Source: a virus
Length of the DNA: 33,275 bases
Virus record (IMG/VR): IMGVR_UViG_3300027038_000027
Reading direction: 5' to 3' (one strand)
Shown here piece by piece: positions 9,932 to 18,100 of the stretch. Both the position numbers and the translations under genes were made by a program. Under the pieces are notes generated by a model. It worked only from the letters and a program-made list of their open reading frames with translations. It made no database searches and was not told the DNA's origin. Position 1 is the first letter of the stretch. Each line of letters begins with the position of its first letter.

Positions 9932-10912
9932 ATGCTACGAACTAATCGTCGTCATGGAGACATGACCGCTCGAAAAGTCAGACGTCCGGCATCACATCGA
10001 ACGCGTGGTGGTGGTGGTGCAGGGCTTCCTGTGGATTTTTCTGGTGGGCCAACGGTCGATCCAACCGAGAATGTCAAAGATCTTTCTGAAGCACTAAGCC
10101 AACGCCAAGACGATTTGCGTGAGAGCAACAACAAATATCTTGACGCGCGGCTGGATGGCATGGAGAACATGGCGATTCTCCGGTCATCCCACAACAGCGA
10201 GATCATGGCGTTGCGGGCGGAGTTCTACAAAGAGATCCGCCACATGGAGTCGGACCGGGTCGACAAGATTCGATCGGTCGATGTGGCCAACGCGGCGGCG
10301 ACGGCGGCGCAGCTCCTCTCAGCCGTGACGACGCTGGCGACGACGGCGCAGGCGACTGCTGAAACACTGCGCAACCAAGTGGCCGCAACGGCGGCGGCCG
10401 TGGCGAGCCAGACGGAGCGCGTGGTGAATCCGATCATCGAACGGTTGGCGCTCTTGGAGAAGTCGAGCAACTTCGGGCAGGGGCGCGCCGAACTCGCGAA
10501 TCCGGCGCTGTCGGAGGCCGTGATCGAGATGCGCAAACTGGCGAGTGGTATCTATGAGCGCCGGGGGCACGATGCGGTCGCGGATCCGGCGCTGACGGCC
10601 ACGCTGGCGAGTCTGGCGTCTGGACAACAGGCGATGGCGGTGGCGATCGGCGGCTTGAAGACGACCGATGCGACGGCGAGTGGACGACAGCAAGGAGTTG
10701 GTGACAGTCGCCAAATGTTGACATGGTTTCTTGGAATTGTGATAGCTCTGATAGGGTTATACACATTTACACAACGACCAAATGCTGAGTTAACAGAATT
10801 GCGTAATGAATTACGAGCACGTTCCAATCCTACACCGTCACAGATTATTTACACTCCAGCACCACCTGGAACACAATTACCAACAGCGCCACCAGCGCAA
10901 GTACCGAGATAA
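9932..10912 (+). CDS. Ala-rich coiled-coil protein with C-terminal TM anchor, hypothetical
   Basis: Basic N-terminus, a GC-rich Ala/Thr-rich central helical region, then the TM segment MLTWFLGIVIALIGLYTF near the C-terminus followed by a Pro-rich tail. Confidence 0.45.
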   Translation: MLRTNRRHGDMTARKVRRPASHRTRGGGGAGLPVDFSGGPTVDPTENVKDLSEALSQRQDDLRESNNKYLDARLDGMENMAILRSSHNSEIMALRAEFYKEIRHMESDRVDKIRSVDVANAAATAAQLLSAVTTLATTAQATAETLRNQVAATAAAVASQTERVVNPIIERLALLEKSSNFGQGRAELANPALSEAVIEMRKLASGIYERRGHDAVADPALTATLASLASGQQAMAVAIGGLKTTDATASGRQQGVGDSRQMLTWFLGIVIALIGLYTFTQRPNAELTELRNELRARSNPTPSQIIYTPAPPGTQLPTAPPAQVPR

Positions 10913-10913
10913 T

Positions 10914-11123
10914 GTGCTTGATAAAAAACTTCTTAAACAAACAATTAAACATCTTGACGAAGAAGCAACAGTCGCATTTGAGTTATCTAAACGCTGGGTG
11001 GCTGAAATGGAGAGACTTCAATCTGGAGAACGATATATTCCTGAACCAAATGACTATTGGCGAGCAACCAAAATCACAACAGCAGCTAATGCTCTAAAGC
11101 ATATCCTGAAATGGGCAAAATGA
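10914..11123 (+). CDS. small hypothetical protein
   Basis: A GTG lies 2 nt after the upstream TAA, in the frame of listed ORF 10806..11123. Its TGA overlaps the ATG at 11120 (ATGA), which suggests coupling to the next gene. The competing listed ORF 10912..11097 is in another frame. Confidence 0.3.
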   Translation: MLDKKLLKQTIKHLDEEATVAFELSKRWVAEMERLQSGERYIPEPNDYWRATKITTAANALKHILKWAK

Positions 11124-11605
11124 CAGATCTTATTTGGCATATCAATGATCGAGTTATTCCGGCAGCTCTGGATCTGTTACCCGGAAGAATGAATTCGCTC
11201 GAAGCACGAGCTATGCTTTTGGCGATTGGTCTCCAGGAATCTAAATTCCAGCATCGTCGCCAAGTGAATGGTCCTGCGCACAGTTTTTGGCAATTTGAAC
11301 AAGCAGGAGGTGTGGCTGGTGTATTGTCTCATCCAATGACTGCATCTATCATCACACCAATTTGTGATTTTCTTCTTTATCCAACGACGACTCTTGCATG
11401 CTATACTGCTATCGAGCATAATGACGTCTTGGCTGCGTGTTTTGCTCGTCTCTTATTGTGGACAGATTCCCGACCATTACCATTAAGACATCAGGAAGAG
11501 AGTGGTTGGCAAATCTATTATGCACAATGGCGACCAGGAAAACCACATCCACAAACTTGGCATTCAGCATTTGTTAATGCTTGGCAAATTGTTAGTGGTA
11601 CATAA
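11111..11605 (+). CDS. putative lysozyme-like / lytic transglycosylase-like protein; endolysin candidate
   Basis: LAIGLQESKFQ...GPAHSFWQFE resembles the ES..F catalytic region of GH23 lytic transglycosylases, but the GLMQ/AYN motifs are not clear. ATG 11120 is an alternative start. Confidence 0.35.
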   Translation: MGKMTDLIWHINDRVIPAALDLLPGRMNSLEARAMLLAIGLQESKFQHRRQVNGPAHSFWQFEQAGGVAGVLSHPMTASIITPICDFLLYPTTTLACYTAIEHNDVLAACFARLLLWTDSRPLPLRHQEESGWQIYYAQWRPGKPHPQTWHSAFVNAWQIVSGT

Positions 11606-11998
11606 ATGCTATTCCTTCTTTTAACTTTGGTGCTTAACAAAGATCTAACACCAGGTATGACACGATCACTAACTGTAGAAACTGTGTGTTCAACGAAATG
11701 GGGATTAGATCGTCGTTTTGTCACTATCGCAATGAAACGGCATGTAGCTGCAGCTTATGGTGTGCCTTGGATAGATCGTATTTGTTGTGAATTTGATCAT
11801 CTTATTCCACGATCATTGGGTGGAGCTGATAATATTCTAAATCTGTGGCCTCAGCCTTGGCCTGAAGCAAAACAAAAAGATCATCTTGAAATCGTACTAG
11901 GGCAATTGGTTTGTGCTAAGAGACTATCTCTGAAAGAAGCACAGCATATGATTGTAAAAGATTGGCATAGTGCGTATCTAAAATATGTAAAACCATGA
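11606..11998 (+). CDS. HNH endonuclease
   Basis: CCEFDHLIPRSLGGADNILNLWPQ is an HNH core (DH...GG...N). ATG 11657 (MTRSL...) is a possible alternative start. Confidence 0.6.
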   Translation: MLFLLLTLVLNKDLTPGMTRSLTVETVCSTKWGLDRRFVTIAMKRHVAAAYGVPWIDRICCEFDHLIPRSLGGADNILNLWPQPWPEAKQKDHLEIVLGQLVCAKRLSLKEAQHMIVKDWHSAYLKYVKP

Positions 11999-13371
11999 AT
12001 ATTCCTATACTTGGATCATTTACATTTCCAGCTCCGTATAATACACGTGGGATTCGTCTTACAAATCGGAGTAATGCTCCAAATGGGTGTGCTCCACGAC
12101 ATTATTCGTATTATTCTGTTGTAAACAACCATCAAAATCAAGATCATCTCTTTGTTGTTATTGGACGAAATAGTGCTCCACCTCTTTTCATAAAAGTACA
12201 TAAAGAAAGTGGCCAAATTATTGAACAATGGTCACCAGAATGGGCAAGAGGAGAAGCTGAAGGTTGGTATTTTAGTGATAAGAAACCTCGTGGTCTTTAT
12301 CTAGTGATGGATTCTCGATTAATGTGCTATGACGTAGTCTCCAAAGAAATGGAAACCATTTTCTCGCTTGATCCTAGATATGGAGCATCGATCTGGCAAG
12401 CTCATTCGAGTGCAGACGATAAAGTTCATTCAGCCACAGTGCGTGATACAGCTTATCAGGATGCGGGTTTTGTTGTGTATCGTCAAGATCAACAGTATCC
12501 ATTTGGACTTCGTAATGGCTATGATGAATGCCAAATTGATAAAAGCGGCCGATATCTTGTTGTTAAAGCGGGTCTTGAACCGCCTGGCGGTGATAATATT
12601 ATCATTGATCTTGATACTGGCGATGAGTATACTATTCTTGATCGTGACGGCGCTGTTGGTCATTCAGATTGTGGCAATTGCATTTTGATTGGTGAGGATG
12701 ATTCTTCCGACCGATGGCAAATGGTGCTATGGGATCTTAGAGCTCCATCGAGTTCTCACCAAAAATTGCTTAGAGGTGGCTCTACGTGGGGCAATGGAAT
12801 GGGTCATAATGCCGTACGTGGAAATCGTGTCCTTGTTAGCAATGAAAATGGTCTCATTATTGTTTCGACTGATGGCTCACAAAAGGAGACTCCTGTTGCA
12901 CCAAGTTTAATGTGTCCACCAACATCGCCTCTTAATCCGTATGATTGGCAAGTGAGAGCTAGCTGGGACCCAATAGCAGAATATGCTTGTTGGTTGGCTA
13001 ATTGTGACGGCAGTCATCGTCTTGATGCATTTCTTGTCCAGACAACCATCTCCTCACCACAAATCCTTGTCGTAAATCCACCAAAACCAGGAGGCTCTAT
13101 GCAATCACTAGCGATTTCCACTGATGGATCATTTAAAGAAGTGAAATTGAAACATGACAGTGGATATGAAGCAGTTGGTGTGCCCGGTATGTTTGATGAT
13201 CGGCCTGCATATCTTATACCATTATCTGACTCATTAATAGATGGACATGGGGCAGAACTGACATTAGTGTGGGATGACGGAATAACACTAGTGCAACATG
13301 GATTTCTAAATATCAAGAGTAATCCACCAAGATTTTCTCCAAATATTTTCACGAAACCAACAGGTTTTTAG
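11995..13371 (+). CDS. hypothetical protein, possible beta-propeller fold (glycan-binding/depolymerase candidate)
   Basis: 458 aa with repeated DG/GxxxxD-containing strand-like segments. It ends in a T5 run at a TAG stop, immediately before an open frame leading into the next gene. Confidence 0.4.
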   Translation: MNIPILGSFTFPAPYNTRGIRLTNRSNAPNGCAPRHYSYYSVVNNHQNQDHLFVVIGRNSAPPLFIKVHKESGQIIEQWSPEWARGEAEGWYFSDKKPRGLYLVMDSRLMCYDVVSKEMETIFSLDPRYGASIWQAHSSADDKVHSATVRDTAYQDAGFVVYRQDQQYPFGLRNGYDECQIDKSGRYLVVKAGLEPPGGDNIIIDLDTGDEYTILDRDGAVGHSDCGNCILIGEDDSSDRWQMVLWDLRAPSSSHQKLLRGGSTWGNGMGHNAVRGNRVLVSNENGLIIVSTDGSQKETPVAPSLMCPPTSPLNPYDWQVRASWDPIAEYACWLANCDGSHRLDAFLVQTTISSPQILVVNPPKPGGSMQSLAISTDGSFKEVKLKHDSGYEAVGVPGMFDDRPAYLIPLSDSLIDGHGAELTLVWDDGITLVQHGFLNIKSNPPRFSPNIFTKPTGF

Positions 13372-13457
13372 GAAGCCGTCGGGAAGGAATTGTCCGCGCA
13401 GACGGCCGCGGATTCAAAGACAATACAGGGCGATTTTTCCCTCTAGGCGCAACTCTT

Positions 13458-14588
13458 ATGTGGGCTCTTCGTGGTGCGAAATACGAGCCAGAACGAGTTG
13501 AAGCACAGTGGGCTTTTCTCCAAAAACATCGATGGAACTATTATCGAGTGTTTGGAGATGTTGCGTGGGCGCCAGAGTTGGAGACAAATGGTGATTGGCC
13601 AGATTTTCAAACTCTTCTCGCTTGGATGGTGGATACTGGTTATGACAAATATGGCCAAAGATGCCAATTGACTGTTAGTGGGGGTTCAAAACGAAATCTT
13701 CTTCGAATAACAGATCAAGTTCTTGAAGTGATCAAAGGTCGTGAACATAAATTCATGTATCTGGAACCATCCAATGAAGGAAATGTCAGTAAAGATGTAG
13801 TCATCCAGATGGTTAAGAAACTTATGACTTCTGGTTTACTCGTTGCTCCTGGCTTTGGAAATGATTATGGCGGCATCATGAAAGAACTGATGCTAGCTCA
13901 TATTGGCAATATGGTTTCTCCCCATTTAGCTCGAACTGCGAGCGATTTTGATTGGCGATTCGTTCGTCAAACATGGGATGTAAGAGACTATAAAGTTCCA
14001 ACATCACAGGGAGAACCCAAAGGACCACTTTCGAGTGTGTCGTGGTGTAGTGATCCATTACGACTTGCAATGGCACGAGCTGTTGGGATCTTAAATGGTG
14101 CTGGCAGTTATTGTCTGCATAACGGTGCTGGTGTGTATGGCGTGGAAAAATCATTTGCAGGAGGAGTTCGTCCGCCAAATATTTGGGAGACACCAGATAT
14201 AGATAATATCATGACAGCAATTCGTGGTATTGATACATTAATGCCAATTGGTGTAGAAGATTGGGTTCGTGCCAACGATGCGTGGACTGTTCCTGCTCAT
14301 CCACTTCGTTCACAACATTTTTGGGAGGGTAAGTCTGGTTATGGCGTAAACAAGAATTACTCAGCCAGTTTCGGAGCCTCATTTGTGACGGCTCCGTGTG
14401 GCGTCATGAGCCAAGAAGGCAAAGACCCATATGTTACAGCACGAAATGCTTGTCGCGTCGTGGTTTCTGATCCATTGAATCCTGGCACACCGATTGAAAT
14501 CAAAGACTTGGGCGCAGGAGAGGAGTTGGTACTGAAAGGTACGCCGAACGCGCAAACAGCGTACATAATCAATGGAATCAGATTGTAA
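13458..14588 (+). CDS. putative TIM-barrel glycoside-hydrolase-like protein (clan GH-A-like NE motif)
   Basis: YLEPSNEGN resembles the NEP acid/base motif. The frame is open upstream from 13323 and encodes GIVRADGRGFKDNTGRFFPLGATL, which looks like a GH N-terminus, but there is no canonical start before ATG 13458. Confidence 0.35.
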   Translation: MWALRGAKYEPERVEAQWAFLQKHRWNYYRVFGDVAWAPELETNGDWPDFQTLLAWMVDTGYDKYGQRCQLTVSGGSKRNLLRITDQVLEVIKGREHKFMYLEPSNEGNVSKDVVIQMVKKLMTSGLLVAPGFGNDYGGIMKELMLAHIGNMVSPHLARTASDFDWRFVRQTWDVRDYKVPTSQGEPKGPLSSVSWCSDPLRLAMARAVGILNGAGSYCLHNGAGVYGVEKSFAGGVRPPNIWETPDIDNIMTAIRGIDTLMPIGVEDWVRANDAWTVPAHPLRSQHFWEGKSGYGVNKNYSASFGASFVTAPCGVMSQEGKDPYVTARNACRVVVSDPLNPGTPIEIKDLGAGEELVLKGTPNAQTAYIINGIRL

Positions 14589-14610
14589 ACAAAGAGACGG
14601 AAGGAATAGA

Positions 14611-15075
14611 ATGAAATCTCTCATCCGAATGATTTTGATCTTTCACGCAGTAATCTGGTTATCAGCTTGTGCTGGTAACAAAGCTCCTGTTCTTGTTGGC
14701 CAAATTGGTTTAGCAACGTCGCAGTCAATTGAAAGAGTGTCCGAAGGTTCTCGTCAATTGCGCGAAGCTGGTAATATGCCAGCTACTGTTGACGTGAATG
14801 TACAAGGAGCATTGAAAGCAATTAATGCCAAATTAGAGCCTCTTCCTGAAATCCTGCGGTCGATTGACAGACTGCAAATTGCTAACGACTCTACAGCAAC
14901 ACTAACAAATCGAGCGATTGCGATTCTGGAAGAAGTAGGACAAGATGTTTCGGTCGTAATCGCTGGTGTTCCTGTTGGCCAGGCAACTCAGAAACTCCTC
15001 GAATTGGTTCGTGCGGCTCAAAAGGCAATTCAGACTACGATGATTGAAGTCGCGAAAATTCAAGGAGCACAGTAA
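14611..15075 (+). CDS. lipoprotein (signal peptide with LSAC lipobox, helical mature part)
   Basis: AAGGAA Shine-Dalgarno sequence 4 nt before ATG 14611. MKSLIRMILIFHAVIWLSAC is a signal peptide with a canonical L-S-A-C lipobox. The listed ORF starts earlier at 14572. Confidence 0.5.
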   Translation: MKSLIRMILIFHAVIWLSACAGNKAPVLVGQIGLATSQSIERVSEGSRQLREAGNMPATVDVNVQGALKAINAKLEPLPEILRSIDRLQIANDSTATLTNRAIAILEEVGQDVSVVIAGVPVGQATQKLLELVRAAQKAIQTTMIEVAKIQGAQ

Positions 15076-15323
15076 TGGAAAAGATCGATAAATTGAATAG
15101 TTCAATTGAGGGAATCACACAGTTGATGTTGTCAGCCAATATCGCTGTACCCATAATTGCTGGAACAATTGGAGCAATTGTGATGATTATCAAGAGTCAT
15201 ATTGGAAAAGGTCCGTCTCTGCCGGAACTTGCCAACACTCTTGAAGCCCAGATCAAGAAGACTGGTGTGACAGTGAGTGAAAATGAGGCAGCTGCAATCA
15301 AAGCCGCTCTTGGCGTGGTGTAA
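15075..15323 (+). CDS. small single-TM membrane protein (holin- or i-spanin-like)
   Basis: TAATG overlap with the lipoprotein gene. One TM segment ANIAVPIIAGTIGAIVMII and a charged helical C-terminus. Last gene of the plus-strand block. Confidence 0.45.
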   Translation: MEKIDKLNSSIEGITQLMLSANIAVPIIAGTIGAIVMIIKSHIGKGPSLPELANTLEAQIKKTGVTVSENEAAAIKAALGVV

Positions 15324-15426
15324 ACTTCAGCCTGCTTCTTGCGGGAAGAAGTAGGTCAGGTGCTGTGTGGTCCCGAGCAGCGAAGAAATCGGGGCAATTA
15401 TTCACGAAATCCTAGCATTCCTCTTG

Positions 15427-15753
15427 CTATTCTCTCTGCGACGTTCGCGACAAACTTTGCGTCCTCGTCTCCGCCAGATCAGTTGCAAGAGTCCAGGCTG
15501 GTTGTAGTTCACCAATAGAATTGAATCCTTCTGCGACAACAATTTTCCAGAATCGAGCTGGTAAACGATTCTCGTAGACTTCTACTGACTGACCATCACC
15601 ACCAATACTTTTTGAGTATCGTGCCACTAGAAAATGTGTACCATAGACAAATTTCTCTGGACCAATCCAAGCATCACCAAATGGTGCCCGATTCTTAGCA
15701 GTCACAAGCCAAATTTCTGGAAATAAATCATCTATGATGGAGTGATCACTCAT
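15427..15753 (-). CDS. hypothetical protein
   Basis: ATG 15753 forms an ATGA overlap with the stop of the upstream membrane-protein gene, and MSDHSIIDDLFPE... follows. The longer listed start at 15846 overlaps the upstream gene. Confidence 0.4.
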   Translation of the reverse strand: MSDHSIIDDLFPEIWLVTAKNRAPFGDAWIGPEKFVYGTHFLVARYSKSIGGDGQSVEVYENRLPARFWKIVVAEGFNSIGELQPAWTLATDLAETRTQSLSRTSQRE

Positions 15754-16022
15754 TTCATTATCCATGGCATTGCTGCTACAACAATAAACCAAACGACCCA
15801 GACAAATGCTCCAACTACTGCCAATACAGTGACAGTGGTCTGCCACGGATCATCAGTCTGTGCTGTTATACTAAAAAGAACAACACTAACGATGATCATT
15901 GCTAACAGCCAAATCTTAGCGAACACTCTTGTCATTGCAAAATTCGTCTGGAAGATACGTGATTGAAATCCCTCGATACCCGTAATACTGTTCAAATCTG
16001 AGAATACCAAAACAGGCGCCAT
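15750..16022 (-). CDS. small membrane protein (2 predicted TM helices)
   Basis: KIWLLAMIIVSVVLFSI and VLAVVGAFVWVVWFIVVAAM. Internal start MTRVF at 15935 is possible. Confidence 0.4.
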   Translation of the reverse strand: MAPVLVFSDLNSITGIEGFQSRIFQTNFAMTRVFAKIWLLAMIIVSVVLFSITAQTDDPWQTTVTVLAVVGAFVWVVWFIVVAAMPWIMK

Positions 16023-16143
16023 TCTTATGACGGATAAATCTCATGCTATTGATGTCGTTTCTTGCTTGATCAATAGTTGGTTGTATGGGTCCACCACAAC
16101 TACTCGCCAAGAGACAAGCGATTAACAGAAGTATCTTCTTCAT
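15916..16143 (-). CDS. putative lipoprotein; superinfection-exclusion candidate
   Basis: MKKILLLIACLLASSCGG is a signal peptide with a lipobox-like ASSC. First gene downstream of a promoter/operator. Confidence 0.45.
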   Translation of the reverse strand: MKKILLLIACLLASSCGGPIQPTIDQARNDINSMRFIRHKNGACFGILRFEQYYGYRGISITYLPDEFCNDKSVR

Positions 16144-16175
16144 GTTGCTCCGGAGCCGTTTTCTCTAACCACGAA

Positions 16176-16205
16176 TATCTACATCGTCGACATTCTCGAT
16201 GTAAA
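16176..16205 (-). promoter_or_regulatory. sigma70-like promoter (-35 TTTACA, 18-nt spacer, -10 TAGATA) with an embedded inverted-repeat operator
   Basis: On the minus strand: TTTACA tcgagaatgtcgacgatg TAGATA. The perfect 7-bp inverted repeat TACATCG-N10-CGATGTA (plus 16180..16203) spans the spacer. GGAG lies before ATG 16143. Confidence 0.35.
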
Positions 16206-16377
16206 TGTGGAATTGATGCATCACTTTGAGTTCGTATATTGATATTCATCAAGATGTACTTTTATACAAAATGTAGTTGTCACATGAAGAGTTACGTGGA
16301 TATATGAACACATGGGACAACGTATGCCTGTACTAGTCCTGTATGAGTCGAAATCGAGTAATTTCATAGCAATTTGT

Positions 16378-16770
16378 CTACGAGAGACTATATGTTGCCG
16401 TCTTACCCTTGCCTTGGTGAGAAAGAAGACCATTCTTCACCGCGAGCTTTAGAATATGGTGAACGCCGCTAACCGATTTGAAGCCCATTTTTTTCCCAAT
16501 TTCCCGAGCACTCATTGGGTCTGAGCTTTTAAGAAGTTCACGAACCTGATCGATTCGTTCATTCTTCTTGAACGACTTACTCTTCTTGCGTTTTTTGTAT
16601 TTCTTGTGTGGCGTAACAACAGCGACAGTCGATTCGAAATCAGCAGCGTGTCCATTCTGCGTGAGCATGAACTTGCGGAGATGTGCAATGAGCATCCCCG
16701 TATTTGCTTGTCGCGCTTCGAGTTGTGAGATCAACGAAGTCACTTGCACTCCAACATCTTTCTTCGCCAT
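16378..16770 (-). CDS. winged-helix DNA-binding regulator (N-terminal coiled coil, basic linker, C-terminal wHTH)
   Basis: MSAREIGKKMGFKSVSGVHHILKLAVKNGLL is MarR/wHTH-like. The gene sits directly upstream of the operator-bearing intergenic region. Confidence 0.45.
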   Translation of the reverse strand: MAKKDVGVQVTSLISQLEARQANTGMLIAHLRKFMLTQNGHAADFESTVAVVTPHKKYKKRKKSKSFKKNERIDQVRELLKSSDPMSAREIGKKMGFKSVSGVHHILKLAVKNGLLSHQGKGKTATYSLS

Positions 16771-16797
16771 TCTAGTCCTCCCATACGACGTTATCTG

Positions 16798-17091
16798 TTA
16801 ACAATCGTTTACTTGTAGCTGACTTGCGTTTGTCCTATCCACCCACTCTTTGAAATCTGACATGAAATGTTCAGAAAGTGGTTCTCGACCAAATCCTGTC
16901 AAGATTACCGCACCACATCCTGGACATACCCATCTGTCCCCTACCCATACTTTGTATGGTTCCCATTTCTCTGGTTCAGCAAGACCAGGTTCTGGATTTC
17001 GTTCACCTGGTTTTGGCATTGCTTCAATGAAATAAAATCCAGATTTAGTCATCCTGAAGAAACGTTGACATGGCACGCAGACGGGTTTCAT
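16798..17091 (-). CDS. zinc-ribbon protein, hypothetical
   Basis: CVPC...CPGC pairs; ATGA overlap with the upstream gene. Confidence 0.4.
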   Translation of the reverse strand: MKPVCVPCQRFFRMTKSGFYFIEAMPKPGERNPEPGLAEPEKWEPYKVWVGDRWVCPGCGAVILTGFGREPLSEHFMSDFKEWVDRTNASQLQVNDC

Positions 17092-17342
17092 CGCTTGTCG
17101 ATGACCTGAGTAAGCCCGATGATTTGGTGTTCGAGAGTTTTCTTGAGAGCTTGCGCTTGTGCAATTCGAGCCGCAAGCGCCGACACTTCTGCGTCAATGA
17201 CAGTAATCTGATACGACAACAATCGACGTTGCCGGAGAATCGAGTCGGTGTCAAGATGAGCGAAATCCTGACTTGTGGTGATTACGACGACATCACCCTT
17301 TTTGATTGGAGCAACGACTTTTAGAGCCTCCTTCTTTTTCAT
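17088..17342 (-). CDS. hypothetical coiled-coil protein
   Basis: ATGA overlaps on both sides. Confidence 0.4.
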   Translation of the reverse strand: MKKKEALKVVAPIKKGDVVVITTSQDFAHLDTDSILRQRRLLSYQITVIDAEVSALAARIAQAQALKKTLEHQIIGLTQVIDKR

Positions 17343-17650
17343 AACTCCTCTTTCTGAAGCCGTTTGACTTCGATTGTTTGTATTTGAACAGTACGATTTC
17401 CATCAAGACGTATGCGCGCGAATGTGCCGTCTGTTTGTATAATCACACCATATTCTTTATGTCCTTTCTCTCCTTTTCGTCTCGCCCAATACCACACGCG
17501 ATCACCGCGCTTCACGAGAGCCACTTCGTGTATGCTCGTTAATCCAAGCCTTGACATCCACGTCCAAGACCAATTTCTTTCGGTCACACCCACGATTCGC
17601 AATAAAGGACCATTTGAAATCTTGGTGAAAGTGAAGTGCTTGCTGGTCAC
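17339..17650 (-). CDS. small DUF1918-like (SH3/Tudor-like GDRVW motif) protein
   Basis: GDRVWYWARRKGEKGHKEYGVIIQTDGTFARIRLDG. The true start is possibly ATG 17557, because of overlap with the upstream gene. Confidence 0.35.
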   Translation of the reverse strand: MTSKHFTFTKISNGPLLRIVGVTERNWSWTWMSRLGLTSIHEVALVKRGDRVWYWARRKGEKGHKEYGVIIQTDGTFARIRLDGNRTVQIQTIEVKRLQKEEL

Positions 17651-17834
17651 TCAATCCTGCTTCGAGGAGAATGGCCAAAGCAAGCTGCGCAGGACCGCTA
17701 CCACCATAGCCCCACGAAAATCCATCAGGACTATGATTGTAAACTTTGAGAGATCTTTCTGGTGAAATCATTCGTCCGTCGATACGAACTGCGCCATACC
17801 AAGTCTTATCATTCCATTCACCCTCAATTTTCAT
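17502..17834 (-). CDS. conserved hypothetical protein (HSPDGFSWGYGGSGPAQLALAIL motif)
   Basis: Non-random, globular-looking sequence; family not recognised. Confidence 0.4.
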   Translation of the reverse strand: MKIEGEWNDKTWYGAVRIDGRMISPERSLKVYNHSPDGFSWGYGGSGPAQLALAILLEAGLSDQQALHFHQDFKWSFIANRGCDRKKLVLDVDVKAWINEHTRSGSREAR

Positions 17835-17842
17835 GTCGCCTC

Positions 17843-18100
17843 CTATGGTTTTGCTGATGAATCGTATTCTATGGTTCCAGGATGAGAACGTTGATACATC
17901 TGAAGGTCATTCGATGCTTGCGATTCTGACATACCAAATTTGCGTATTAGGTGTTCTCGATTAATAAATCCGAACACGCGCAGTGCCTCGGCAATCCATT
18001 CCATACGATGTTTCTGATACCAATTCCCAGCAACTTTAGACATCGGGTTCAAATCCATGTTTCTTTTGCAAATCTGGAACATGCCAACATGGCTTGCCAT
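17843..18100 (-). CDS. small HTH-domain protein
   Basis: FGFINREHLIRKFGMSESQASNDLQMY is HTH-like. ATG 18043 is an alternative start lying 4 nt after the stop of the upstream primase-polymerase gene. Confidence 0.35.
   Translation of the reverse strand: MASHVGMFQICKRNMDLNPMSKVAGNWYQKHRMEWIAEALRVFGFINREHLIRKFGMSESQASNDLQMYQRSHPGTIEYDSSAKP

Noticed and set aside
10912-11097. Listed ORF 10912..11097 (MCLIKNF...)
   Set aside because: The overlapping frame ending at 11123 makes an ATGA coupling with the next gene and reads as a more protein-like sequence, so this frame is probably non-coding.
13393-13412. GC hairpin tccgcg-N8-cgcgga as a terminator between 11995..13371 and 13458..14588
   Set aside because: No U-tract follows, and the region appears to be coding in the -1 frame. 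It is mentioned only as a possible (poorly spaced) frameshift stimulator.
15324-15426. Possible bidirectional terminator between the convergent blocks (cttctt-gcggg-aagaag; gctg...cagc)
   Set aside because: The stems are only 4-6 bp and there is no flanking T- or U-tract on either strand, which is too weak to call.
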